Under the pieces are notes generated by a model that saw only the letters and a program-made list of their open reading frames with translations, ran no database searches and was not told the DNA's origin. Positions 10,342 to 19,374 of a stretch of DNA of 32,000 nucleotides are shown here, one piece after another. Both the position numbers and the translations under genes were made by a program. Location of the stretch: the NCBI RefSeq assembly GCF_000306885.1, contig NC_018267.1, forward strand, positions 720,001-752,000. The letters are read 5' to 3'. Source of the DNA: Wolbachia endosymbiont of Onchocerca ochengi. GTDB lineage: Bacteria > Pseudomonadota > Alphaproteobacteria > Rickettsiales > Anaplasmataceae. The first letter of the stretch is position 1; every line of letters begins with the position of its first letter.

Positions 10342-10489
10342 TAATAATTATATTAAAAATTTATCAATTGGTTTAAGCTTTATCAACAAGATAGTTTTCC
10401 TCTATTTATGTAAACTAATAAATTAACGCAATTTTAGTAGCAAGTTGTTTAAATCTGTACTATTATTTAGTATAATACCTATATAAATC

Positions 10490-11323
10490 ATGGCTCTTAA
10501 AAAGAAGCTTAATCTATATTTAGTATCAGATTCAAGTGGTGAAACTGTTATATCAGTTGCAAAATCAGCTTTAAAGCACTTTCGTTCTGTAGAAACTATT
10601 GAATATGTTTGGTCTTTTGTGAAAAAAGAAGAACAAATCGATAAAATTTTGAAAGGAGTCAATAAGAAAAATGATGAATGCCATTTCGTTATATGCACTA
10701 TTACTGATGATAAACTAAGAAAATATTTAAAAGATTATTGTATAAAATTATCAATTCCTTATAGAGCAATACTGTCACATATTATTAGAGAAATTTCCTC
10801 ATATCTTGAAATTGAAAAAGACGAGAAACTTGATTTACATACTGAGATAAATAACGAGTATTTTCAGCGTATTGAAGTAATAAACTACACTATTAACCAT
10901 GATGATGGGCAAAATATTCAAGATATCAATAAAGCAGACATAATTTTGGTTGGAGTTTCGCGTACATCAAAATCTCCTACTAGCATATATTTAGCTTATC
11001 GAGGTTATAGGGTTGCAAATATTCCTTTTGTTAGTGAGGTGCCTTTTCATGTCGATTTAACAAAATTAGAGAATAAGCTGACAATAGGGTTAACAATAGA
11101 CGTAAATAGGCTAGTAGAAATACGTAAAAATAGACTTACTTCAATCAATAACGAAGGTAATAATATATATGCTGATCCTAAAAAAGTAGAAAAGGAAATT
11201 AAAAAAGCAGAGGAACTTTTCAAACAAAATAACTGGCTAATTATTGATGTTACACAAAAGTCAATTGAAGAAGTGTCAGCAACAATCATACAGCATTTTA
11301 ATAAAATGCGAGGAATTTATTAA
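10490..11323 (+). CDS. Bifunctional kinase/pyrophosphorylase regulating PPDK or PEP synthase (DUF299 family)
   Basis: 277-aa ORF; N-terminal [25 protein letters not shown] and P-loop-like [27 protein letters not shown] are hallmarks of this family. Confidence 0.92.
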   Translation: MALKKKLNLYLVSDSSGETVISVAKSALKHFRSVETIEYVWSFVKKEEQIDKILKGVNKKNDECHFVICTITDDKLRKYLKDYCIKLSIPYRAILSHIIREISSYLEIEKDEKLDLHTEINNEYFQRIEVINYTINHDDGQNIQDINKADIILVGVSRTSKSPTSIYLAYRGYRVANIPFVSEVPFHVDLTKLENKLTIGLTIDVNRLVEIRKNRLTSINNEGNNIYADPKKVEKEIKKAEELFKQNNWLIIDVTQKSIEEVSATIIQHFNKMRGIY

Positions 11324-11385
11324 TTGACTAATTTCTTGTAGGAATCCACAATGTAAGGTAAGCTATTTTAGTTCTTGTTATAGAT

Positions 11386-11514
11386 ATGAAAGTTAAAGGC
11401 TCACTAAAATCTTATCGCAGCAGGGATAAAAACTGTAAAGTTGTGAGAAGAGGTAGTAAAGTTTACATTATAAATAAAGTAAAGCCAAGATGCAAAGCTC
11501 GCCAGGGTTCTTAA
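11386..11514 (+). CDS. rpmJ: 50S ribosomal protein L36 (bL36), absent from the supplied ORF track
   Basis: Manual translation from ATG 11386-11388 to TAA 11512-11514: [42 protein letters not shown]. It closely fits alphaproteobacterial L36 (MKVRNSLKSLK.RH..C.VVRR.GR.YVINK..PRFKARQG). Confidence 0.95.
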   Translation: MKVKGSLKSYRSRDKNCKVVRRGSKVYIINKVKPRCKARQGS

Positions 11515-11642
11515 ATATGCTGCTTTGAAACAAGGTGGTAATTTACAATAACCACAAGTATAATGGGACAGCTATGTATGTTCTAATGTGAATGCCTACT
11601 GTGAAATAAAGTGGCTAAATTGCAGCAGATGTATTTATTTTT

Positions 11643-12019
11643 TTGTTCATCTTCTTTTGTTACACGTTTTTTAGTTTATTATATGTAATAAGCACGGTAG
11701 TTATCTCTAGAAAAAAAGAAAAAGTTGCTGTGTTTAGATACAGTTTTGCTTATTTCTTCTTTTCACTATATTTCAGCATTAGTGCAATTATAGGTAAATA
11801 TAGCTTATTAGTATTAATGGACTTTTTAAAAAAATACAATAAGCTTTTGCTTAAGAATATTTCTTTTAAGAAGGAAAAGTTAAGTAATGAAGTGTTCTGC
11901 TTATATAAAAAAGCTCGAGTTTGGATTCACTTGATGAACAGGTAAAAAATACTTTAGGTTATGTGATCTCTAATGTGAGCTCTAAAGATCTAATGGTTAT
12001 GCTTGGTGATACGAAGTAG
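11643..12019 (+). pseudogene. FtsB/DivIC-like septum formation initiator, apparently frameshifted
   Basis: The 100-aa ORF (11643-11945) carries a TM segment then a Lys-rich helix. At the A6 run 11907-11912 a -1 shift gives ...KEKLSNEVFCLYKKSSSLDSLDEQVKNTLGYVISNVSSKDLMVMLGDTK* ending at 12019, matching the conserved DivIC/FtsB C-terminus (xLYxxSLDxDxLDExxRxxLGY). The true start is uncertain. Confidence 0.7.
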
Positions 12020-12087
12020 CAAAGAAGTTCTACCTTTAATGAAAGAAAAAAAGCCGCTATAATCTAAATAAAAACATTATAAATGAG

Positions 12088-12738
12088 GTGAGAGTGAAAG
12101 ATATTTTATTGGTGCTTTTAATACAAAGTATGTTTGGATTGTCATTGTTTGCGGCTGATCCTATTCTGATTAATTGTATTAAAACGCCAGAAATTTATAA
12201 TCTTGACCCACAGCCGAGAAACTTTAATTTTTCAAATAACTTGAGAAGGAAACCTGGTTCTCCAGTTAGTGCAACAGGAGAATTAATAAATATAGTGGGT
12301 AGAATTACTGATATAAACTGTCTACCAATACAAAATGCTGTGGTTTCTATATGGCATGCAAATTCATACGGCATGAGTCATTATGATGAAGATATAGAGG
12401 AAGATAAACTTGATCTGAATTTTGCTGAGTCAGGAAAATTTATAGTAAATAACCTTGGCTATTATAGTTTTATTACGGTAGCACCTGGTAAATCTGGCGA
12501 TAGAGCTCCACATGTTAACTTTTTGGTTCAGCATCCAGATTTTCCAGAATTCACAACTCAAATGTTTTTTGCTGACTATTATTGCAATAATTATGTTGAT
12601 TCTGTCCTTAGTGGTTTTATTGATAGTGGACTTGCGAACCTTTTGATAGCATCATTTGTTTATAATGACCAAGCCATTAAAACTTACACGTTTAATATTA
12701 CTTTAGGTGGATATAATAGGTTTTCTGGTAAGAGATAA
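12088..12738 (+). CDS. Secreted intradiol ring-cleavage dioxygenase-like protein (protocatechuate 3,4-dioxygenase fold)
   Basis: 216-aa ORF; signal peptide MRVKDILLVLLIQSMFGLSLFAADP, then LPIQNAVVSIWHANSYG and GYYSFITVAPGKSGDRAPHVNFLVQHPDF, corresponding to the intradiol family motifs ExWQANxxGxY and GxYxFxTxxPG...RPxHIHF. Confidence 0.82.
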   Translation: MRVKDILLVLLIQSMFGLSLFAADPILINCIKTPEIYNLDPQPRNFNFSNNLRRKPGSPVSATGELINIVGRITDINCLPIQNAVVSIWHANSYGMSHYDEDIEEDKLDLNFAESGKFIVNNLGYYSFITVAPGKSGDRAPHVNFLVQHPDFPEFTTQMFFADYYCNNYVDSVLSGFIDSGLANLLIASFVYNDQAIKTYTFNITLGGYNRFSGKR

Positions 12739-12797
12739 GACTTGTATTTTTCAGTCATTTTGGTAAATATTATTCTGGTTGTATAGAGCTATAAATA

Positions 12798-14261
12798 ATG
12801 AAGATAATAATTTCTAGAATTCCACCTGATTTAAAAACAATAGTTACAGGTTTATTTGAAGGTAACGAAGTTGTGAATAGTAACTATAGTGTTTTGCAAG
12901 AAAAGTGGATTATAGACAATATAAAACAATTTAGTGACTTCAATGGAGACTTTGGTGAGTTTTTCTCCGTTACTTCATTAGAGGGGAAAAATATCATAAT
13001 TATTGGGCTTGGTAAGAGGAGTGAATGGGATGAAAATAAAGAATTAAATATTGGTGGCAAGATATATTGTGAATTAAGCAAATTAAGAATTAAGCAAGCG
13101 GTGATTTCAATTGAAGGTAATGCAGCAAATATCGCATACGGTGCACTTTTACGTAGCTTTAAGTTTGATAAGTATAGAACTAAAAAGGATGAAAAAATTA
13201 CAGAAGTAGAAAAGATCATAGTGTTAGTAAAAAATGAGCGATTAAGTAGTGCTGAAAAAACGTTTGAATGTTTAAGACAAGAAGGTAGAGGTATATTTCT
13301 TGCGCGTTCTTTTATCACTGAGCCACCTAACGTTTTATATCCAGAGTTTTATGCTGACCGTATAAAAGCCGAACTTACTAAGCTTGGCCTTGAGGTTGAA
13401 GTACTTGGTAAAAAGCAGATAGAAGAGAAAAAAATGAAAGCATTGCTTGGAGTAGCACAAGGAAGTAGTAAAGAGCCAAAATTAGTAGTGATAAAATGGA
13501 ATGGAGCTTTAGAACAAAAACCGATAGCTTTCGTGGGTAAAGGTATAACGTTTGATACTGGTGGAATATCACTTAAATCTTCACGCGGTATGGAGTCAAT
13601 GAAATATGATATGGCAGGTTCTGCTGCTGTAGTTGGGGTAATGTGTGCTCTAGCAGGGCGAAAAGCAAAAGTAAATGCAATTGGTGTAGTTGCACTTGCA
13701 GAGAATTCAATAGGTGGTAATGCCCAAAGACCAAGTGATATAGTTACCTCAATGTCTGGTCAGACAATAGAAGTGTTAAATACTGATGCAGAAGGAAGGC
13801 TCATGCTTGCGGATGCTTTATGGTATACGCAAGACAGGTTTTCGCCAAAGTTTATGATTGACATTGCAACTTTGACTGGTGCTATAGTAGTCGCACTTGG
13901 GAATAACGAGTATGCTGGTCTTTTTTCCAATAATGATGAATTAGCAAATTATCTTATTAATGCAGGAAATGAAGTAAATGAGAAACTATGGCGTTTTCCT
14001 ATGAACGAGACTTATAATAAAATTATTGATTCACCGATTGCTGATATGCAAAACATAGCCCCTGTAGGTTCTGGTGGGGATAGCATAATAGCTGCGCAGT
14101 TTTTACAGCGTTTTGTGAACGAAACTTGTTGGGCACATCTAGACATTGCAGGAACTGCTTGGCATGAAAAAGGCACTGACATTTCTCCAAGAGGAGCAGT
14201 AGGTTTTGGTGTAAGGTTGCTCAATAAATTGGTTGAGAAGTACTACGAAATGAGTAATTGA
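12798..14261 (+). CDS. pepA: Leucyl (cytosol) aminopeptidase
   Basis: 487-aa ORF with M17 motifs: VGKGITFDTGGISLK, YDMAGSAAVVG, NTDAEGRLMLADAL. Confidence 0.96.
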   Translation: MKIIISRIPPDLKTIVTGLFEGNEVVNSNYSVLQEKWIIDNIKQFSDFNGDFGEFFSVTSLEGKNIIIIGLGKRSEWDENKELNIGGKIYCELSKLRIKQAVISIEGNAANIAYGALLRSFKFDKYRTKKDEKITEVEKIIVLVKNERLSSAEKTFECLRQEGRGIFLARSFITEPPNVLYPEFYADRIKAELTKLGLEVEVLGKKQIEEKKMKALLGVAQGSSKEPKLVVIKWNGALEQKPIAFVGKGITFDTGGISLKSSRGMESMKYDMAGSAAVVGVMCALAGRKAKVNAIGVVALAENSIGGNAQRPSDIVTSMSGQTIEVLNTDAEGRLMLADALWYTQDRFSPKFMIDIATLTGAIVVALGNNEYAGLFSNNDELANYLINAGNEVNEKLWRFPMNETYNKIIDSPIADMQNIAPVGSGGDSIIAAQFLQRFVNETCWAHLDIAGTAWHEKGTDISPRGAVGFGVRLLNKLVEKYYEMSN

Positions 14262-14270
14262 CACTTTGGG

Positions 14271-14311
14271 TACTGGAAATTTAGGAAGACTAAATTTCCA
14301 GTATGATTTTT
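14271..14311 (+). terminator. Rho-independent terminator of pepA
   Basis: Perfect 14-bp stem TACTGGAAATTTAG (14271-14284) / CTAAATTTCCAGTA (14290-14303), loop GAAGA, followed by TGATTTTTTT; 10 nt beyond the pepA stop. Confidence 0.88.
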
Positions 14312-14431
14312 TTCATTGGTATCGTTTTTTAGTGAAGTGGCAAAATAAAGTAGATAAGGTGACCTAAAAAGCTACTTATATAATAGCCTATCATATACCA
14401 ATTTTTTAGAATTTCTATTGCTAATCTATGA

Positions 14432-15847
14432 CTAATTATTCATGGAGTTAAAAAAATCAGCATTACTTTTTGTTAAAAGTAGTTTGTCACGCAAGAACTC
14501 CATTGCTTCAACTGATCCCATAGGATTAAGTATCCTACGCAGCACCCATATTTTATTTAATATAGCTTTATCAATTAATAGCTCTTCCTTCCTAGTTCCA
14601 GATTTTGTAATATCGATAGCTGGGAATATTCTCTTATCTGCAAGTTTTCTATCGAGTATAATTTCAGCGTTACCTGTACCTTTAAACTCTTCGAAAATAA
14701 CTTCATCCATTTTTGAGCCAGTTTCTATAAGAGCGGTAGCAATGATCGTTAAAGAACCGCCATTTTCAATATTGCGAGCTGCTCCAAAAAAGCGCTTCGG
14801 CCTTTGCAGCGCGTTTGAGTCTACACCACCAGTAAGAACCTTACCGGATGAAGGAATAACTGCATTATAGGCTCGTGCAAGGCGAGTTATGGAATCAAGC
14901 AAAATTACAACATTCTTTTTATGTTCAACCATTCTTTTGGCTTTTTCTATTACTATTTCAGCGAGTTGTACATGCCGGTAGGCAGGTTCATCAAATGTGG
15001 AGCTCACTACCTCACCTTTTACAGAGCGTATCATATCTGTCACTTCCTCAGGTCTTTCATCTATAAGTAACACTATCAATTCTATCTCAGGATGATTTGT
15101 AGCTATAGAATGAGCCATTTGCTGAAGCAATATTGTTTTTCCTGTACGAGGTGGAGCAACTATTAACGCCCTTTGTCCTTTTCCAAGGGGTGCAACTATG
15201 TCAACAGCACGCATATTTATATTTTTTTTATTATCTTCACTAATGTTGTTTTCAAGAATTAAACTCTCTTCAGGGTAAAGGGGAAGCAAATTATCAAAAT
15301 GGACATACTTTCTTAGTTCATTTATCTCAGTAGAGTTTATGCTTTGAACCTTAGTTAAAGTAAAATATCTTTCTTTATCTCCAGGTGGCCTTATTTCTCC
15401 GCATACCATATCTCCAGTACGCAAGTTGAACTTTTTTATTTGTCCATTAGAAATATAAATATCATCAGTACTTGTAGCATAATTTGCACTTGCTGAGCGC
15501 AAAAAGCCGAAACCATCAGGTAATATTTCTACTACCCCGCTTCCTGTAGTAACTCCTCCTTCTTCGCTCATTTTTTTCATTAAACTGAATATCATCTCTT
15601 GCTTCAGCATTCTGCCATTACTTTTACCATTAGTTGAGATTTTTCTTTCTTCAGCTAGACCCAATAGTTCTTCTGCTGTTTTTTTTCTTAATTCACTCAA
15701 ATCTAGCGTTTTTCTGTTTTCTTTTACACCTCCGTTTGTTGTTTGCTTTGCCATATCATTGTTAGGAATTTGTTCACTTTTTTTTACTGGTTCTGGTTTA
15801 GCTGCAACCTTTTCCTTTGCTAAAACATCTTCATTGATTGTTACCAT
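14432..15847 (-). CDS. rho: Transcription termination factor Rho
   Basis: 471-aa ORF; [73 protein letters not shown]. Confidence 0.98.
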   Translation of the reverse strand: MVTINEDVLAKEKVAAKPEPVKKSEQIPNNDMAKQTTNGGVKENRKTLDLSELRKKTAEELLGLAEERKISTNGKSNGRMLKQEMIFSLMKKMSEEGGVTTGSGVVEILPDGFGFLRSASANYATSTDDIYISNGQIKKFNLRTGDMVCGEIRPPGDKERYFTLTKVQSINSTEINELRKYVHFDNLLPLYPEESLILENNISEDNKKNINMRAVDIVAPLGKGQRALIVAPPRTGKTILLQQMAHSIATNHPEIELIVLLIDERPEEVTDMIRSVKGEVVSSTFDEPAYRHVQLAEIVIEKAKRMVEHKKNVVILLDSITRLARAYNAVIPSSGKVLTGGVDSNALQRPKRFFGAARNIENGGSLTIIATALIETGSKMDEVIFEEFKGTGNAEIILDRKLADKRIFPAIDITKSGTRKEELLIDKAILNKIWVLRRILNPMGSVEAMEFLRDKLLLTKSNADFFNSMNN

Positions 15848-15981
15848 ATACCATAGTCCTCCAAAAATTTTAATTGATGCTTACTAACTTAAAATGCGAT
15901 ACAAGATAATAAAATTAAGCTTAGTTAGCTTTTAGGAAGTACCAAACTTAATTGCCATTAAGTTAAATACTTTAGCTAGTT

Positions 15982-16009
15982 ATACTAATATACATTAACA
16001 AGTCAAGTT
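15982..16009 (-). promoter_or_regulatory. Putative sigma70-type promoter for rho
   Basis: Minus strand TTGACT (16004-16009) - 16 nt - TATAAC (15982-15987), about 135 nt upstream of the rho start. Confidence 0.45.
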
Positions 16010-16047
16010 AATTTGATGTTAACAAGGTATAAAAATAAATAAGCAAT

Positions 16048-16671
16048 TTAAAGAGTGCTTCGATAATTTTCTTTTATATTCTTTAACCTTTCTCTTCTCT
16101 CTTCTTTTACTTTCGCTTTTTCTATTTCTGTCTCTAAATCTTCTTGGCTACATAAGCCAAGCAGCACAGGATCTTGAGGTTTTATATTTTGCATATTATA
16201 GTGGGATCCATTTTTTATCTGCTCTACTGTATGATTTGTTGTACTGATTAATTTAGCTATGACATTATTATCCAAAATAGGAAATTTTCTTATTAAGTAA
16301 TAAATTGCATCAGGTTTATCTTTACGTCTCACTACAGAGTTAAGCCTAAAAATGTTACCGATTGGTTTATTCCTCCTTTTTTTAAAGGTTTTTGTAACCA
16401 AGTTTGGAATACGATCCAGATTTTTTTTGCAGTCATCAATTTCTTTTTCAGTTATTATTCCAGAGATAATAGGATTAAATCTTTCAGCATCTATTTTTTC
16501 ATCAGCTATATCTTGCACTTCTTCAAGAGTTAACTCACAACATTGAGCTATCTGGCTAAAAGTTAAAGCAGTGTTATCCACTAACCAAGCAGCAATTTGC
16601 ATAAGAAGCTGTTTACTTTTATTATTATTTCTTTTAGAAAGTTCTGATGACATCAGGAAAACATCTACCAT
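16048..16671 (-). CDS. DUF1013 / TrcR-like cell-cycle transcriptional regulator
   Basis: 207-aa ORF; AAWLVDNTALTFSQIAQCCELTLEEVQDIADE matches the alphaproteobacterial DUF1013 N-terminus (AxWLVENTALTFEQIAxFCGLHxLEVQAIADG), followed by RKDKPDAIYYLIRKFPIL...VIAKLISTTNHTVEQI. Confidence 0.85.
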   Translation of the reverse strand: MVDVFLMSSELSKRNNNKSKQLLMQIAAWLVDNTALTFSQIAQCCELTLEEVQDIADEKIDAERFNPIISGIITEKEIDDCKKNLDRIPNLVTKTFKKRRNKPIGNIFRLNSVVRRKDKPDAIYYLIRKFPILDNNVIAKLISTTNHTVEQIKNGSHYNMQNIKPQDPVLLGLCSQEDLETEIEKAKVKEERRERLKNIKENYRSTL

Positions 16672-16793
16672 TTAAAATATTCTTTGCTGTTATATAGAGC
16701 TAAAATATAAGCTATTAAAATTAAAAAAGCATTAATTTTACCACTTAATAATTTCTTAATTTACAATCCTTTGATTTGATCAAGTAAGTAACT

Positions 16794-16813
16794 AGGTCTC
16801 TTTTAAGAGACCT
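16794..16813. repeat. Short perfect hairpin upstream of the ppiD-like gene
   Basis: AGGTCTCT (16794-16801) TTTA AGAGACCT (16806-16813); no T tail on either strand. Confidence 0.5.
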
Positions 16814-16879
16814 GAAGGAATATTAACTCTCTTTGGATGCAATTGCTTGACTTAAATGTATATTTCAATTCGAGAAAAA

Positions 16880-16908
16880 TTGAATTTTTAAGCTTAATAT
16901 ATTATAAT
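16880..16908 (+). promoter_or_regulatory. Putative sigma70-type promoter upstream of the ppiD-like gene
   Basis: TTGAAT (16880-16885) - 17 nt - TATAAT (16903-16908). Confidence 0.45.
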
Positions 16909-16990
16909 ATTATATATCATAACTAATGAATTAGTAAATTTACAAGAACTAAATTCCTGTTATAATTAACACTAATTAACTTTTGTGTTT

Positions 16991-18799
16991 ATGAGTGTTA
17001 AAAATTTTTTCACTAAAGTAACCATTGTCACTTTGGCCTTTTTATTAATCTTCATGGGGGTTGGTAGTTTTCTATTAGATAATAGTGAGAAAAAGGAAAT
17101 AGCGAGAGTTGGAAAAGAAGTTATAACATTAGATGAGTATAAGTTGTTATATAAAAATTATGGAAATAAAACTCCTGGGTCTGATATTAGTATAGAACAA
17201 ACGAAAAGACTGAAATACGATTTACTTAATGCTCTTATAGAGCAAAAACTATTATTCAACCTAACTAATGATCTGGGATTGGTAGTTGGAGAAGAATCTG
17301 TAAAAGACCATATTAGAAACATCAAGTACCTTCAAAACAATAAAGGGGAATTTGATAGAGAGAAATTTTATGAAATGCTAAATGATTTGCATATGATAGA
17401 GGAAGATTATATAGCAAAGCTGAAAAAAATTCTACCTGCAATGATGTTCATGACCTCATTATTTAAAGGTGGTTATCCAATAACTTTTGGTGAGAAAATT
17501 GATGAACAGATATATAAAAGTCGCTATCAAACCAGGATAGTCGATGTTATTAAGATAACTAAAGATGCAGTTACAGATATTCCAAAGCCAAATGATGAAA
17601 CTTTATTTAACTTGTATGAAGAAAATAAGTCCTACTTTTATTATCCTGAACGTCGAACTGCACAATATATTTCTTTAGGTCAAAAATATTTTGAAGATCA
17701 GGTTCACATTTCAGATGAAGAGGTTAACAGTATAATAGAACAACAAGAGCTTAAAGATCAAAGAGATATATTTAATCTAGTATTTCATAATGAGGAAGAG
17801 GTCAAAGTAGTAAAAAAGGCACTTGATGATGGCAAAGTAAGCTTTGAACAGATAGTAGAAAAGTTTGGTAAAATAAAACTTGAGGAAATTAGAATAAATA
17901 ATGTAACTAAGGATTTTCTACCAGAAGATATGAGAGAAAAGGTATTTGCTCTTAAAGCAGGTGAAGTAAGCGAAGTTTTAGTGAGCAATTTTGGCTGGCA
18001 TATAATAAAGGTGGACAATGTGCATCAAATCTCTGATGAAAACTTGGCTGATTTAAAGAGGGACATAAAATTAATTTTAATCAACCAAAAGTCTTTTGAA
18101 AAAGTTAATGATTTTATAAATCAAGTAAATTATAAGATATATAATGGTGCGACGATTGAAGAGATTTCTAGTGAGTACAATTTGCCTATTCAAACTATCG
18201 GTCCAGTAGATGCTAGTGGAGAAGATCAAAGCGTAAATAATGAGAGAAATTCTAATGATTTGATTTCCTTTATTTTTTCACGGAAAAAAGATCAAAAAGG
18301 TTATTTTAAGAGTATTGGAGATACTGTTGTTAGTGTAAAGATCATCGATATTATTCCATCTAAGATGCAAAGTTTTGAAGAAGGTAAGGCATCAGTGATA
18401 GATCTTTGGCGTAATGAGTTTATAAAAGAACAAATGTTTAAAATTGGACAAAGAATTATAACTCAATTAAAAGAGAAAGTAGATTTTGAGAAAACTGAAG
18501 GTGTAGAACTAATTAAAGACCAGCAGGTACAACGCAATGATGTTGGGCAACAGAATTATCCTTCTTCTTTTATAGAAGAGATTTTTGATATGAAAACAAC
18601 TAATTCAGTAACAGATCCTATTCAATATGATAATGATATTATAATAGGTCTTTTAAAAGAAATATATTCATCAAATGGCAAATTAAATACGTTTGATACT
18701 GGAAGAAGAGTGATGATATCACTAAAAGAGCAATTAATGAGTTATCTGAAGTCAAAATATAAAGTAGAGGTTAACCATGCTATACTTGATGACATATAA
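16991..18799 (+). CDS. ppiD: Periplasmic peptidyl-prolyl cis-trans isomerase / chaperone (SurA/PpiD type)
   Basis: ORF track start 16985 is a GTG; the ATG at 16991 is a likely alternative. N-terminal TM anchor, SurA_N-like GKEVITLDEYKLLYKNYG and KRLKYDLLNALIEQKLL, and parvulin-like ...EKVFALKAGEVSEVLVSNFGWHIIKVDNV. Confidence 0.85.
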   Translation: MSVKNFFTKVTIVTLAFLLIFMGVGSFLLDNSEKKEIARVGKEVITLDEYKLLYKNYGNKTPGSDISIEQTKRLKYDLLNALIEQKLLFNLTNDLGLVVGEESVKDHIRNIKYLQNNKGEFDREKFYEMLNDLHMIEEDYIAKLKKILPAMMFMTSLFKGGYPITFGEKIDEQIYKSRYQTRIVDVIKITKDAVTDIPKPNDETLFNLYEENKSYFYYPERRTAQYISLGQKYFEDQVHISDEEVNSIIEQQELKDQRDIFNLVFHNEEEVKVVKKALDDGKVSFEQIVEKFGKIKLEEIRINNVTKDFLPEDMREKVFALKAGEVSEVLVSNFGWHIIKVDNVHQISDENLADLKRDIKLILINQKSFEKVNDFINQVNYKIYNGATIEEISSEYNLPIQTIGPVDASGEDQSVNNERNSNDLISFIFSRKKDQKGYFKSIGDTVVSVKIIDIIPSKMQSFEEGKASVIDLWRNEFIKEQMFKIGQRIITQLKEKVDFEKTEGVELIKDQQVQRNDVGQQNYPSSFIEEIFDMKTTNSVTDPIQYDNDIIIGLLKEIYSSNGKLNTFDTGRRVMISLKEQLMSYLKSKYKVEVNHAILDDI

Positions 18800-18802
18800 T
18801 TA

Positions 18803-18906
18803 AAAACCTGTTTTACCTAAAGTGCACGATGTCATTTTAGTGCCTACTACTCGAATAATAAAAAAGAAGCGCTGGAATAACAGGAAGAAATGAAAAAACA
18901 GGTTTT
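18803..18906. repeat. Nested imperfect palindromic element
   Basis: Outer 12-bp perfect arms AAAACCTGTTTT (18803-18814) / AAAACAGGTTTT (18895-18906). Inner 13-nt arms GTCATTTTAGTGC (18831-18843) / GCGCTGGAATAAC (18869-18881) pair with three G-U wobbles and one mismatch. Confidence 0.7.
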
Positions 18907-19374
18907 ATAGTGATAGTTTAACCTATAGCCCTATAGGGCATAGGGCAAAGGCAAAAAACCTCATCTGCTTTAACTTTTTACTCTTGCTGATGTTTATATT
19001 TTAAGTATGATTTTGCTGAATGCAGAAAGGATTTAAAAAACATGTAGTTACTATACTTCATGCAGTCTATAAAAAAATATTTTAAATTTATGCTCAATTT
19101 ACTATTGAGTTTGAGAAGATTAAAAATAGGTTCTGAGTTAGAAATAACCTAGTTGTCAAAACATGAGATTGGTAAAATTTGTTGAGTAGCTTTATATATT
19201 ATTTTTAATATAGAGAATATACGGTTTTGTAGCCTAAGATATATAAAATTTCTTCAAGCGCTAAAAACAGAACCTTAATACTGCCTTACACACTGCTTTT
19301 GGAAATCTTTTCTAAGAGGCTAGAGCTATAAAAAAAGTACTTAGTATCTGTGCAGGAGCTTTTTTCAGGTATAT

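Noticed and set aside
10423-10698. 91-aa minus-strand ORF spanning the start of the PPDK regulator
   Set aside because: Mostly antisense to a conserved CDS; no motifs.
11047-11289. 80-aa minus-strand ORF
   Set aside because: Antisense to the PPDK/PEPS regulator gene.
11907-11912. Classic -1 programmed frameshift heptamer in the FtsB-like gene
   Set aside because: Zero-frame phasing is TAT AAA AAA GCT, so the standard X XXY YYZ arrangement is not met. A deletion, sequencing error or transcriptional slippage is more plausible than ribosomal programming.
12884-14224. Three minus-strand ORFs opposite pepA
   Set aside because: Antisense shadows of pepA, with no recognisable family features.
14442-15066. 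Plus-strand ORFs of 142 and 63 aa opposite rho
   Set aside because: Antisense to rho; the translations mirror the complement of conserved Rho motifs.
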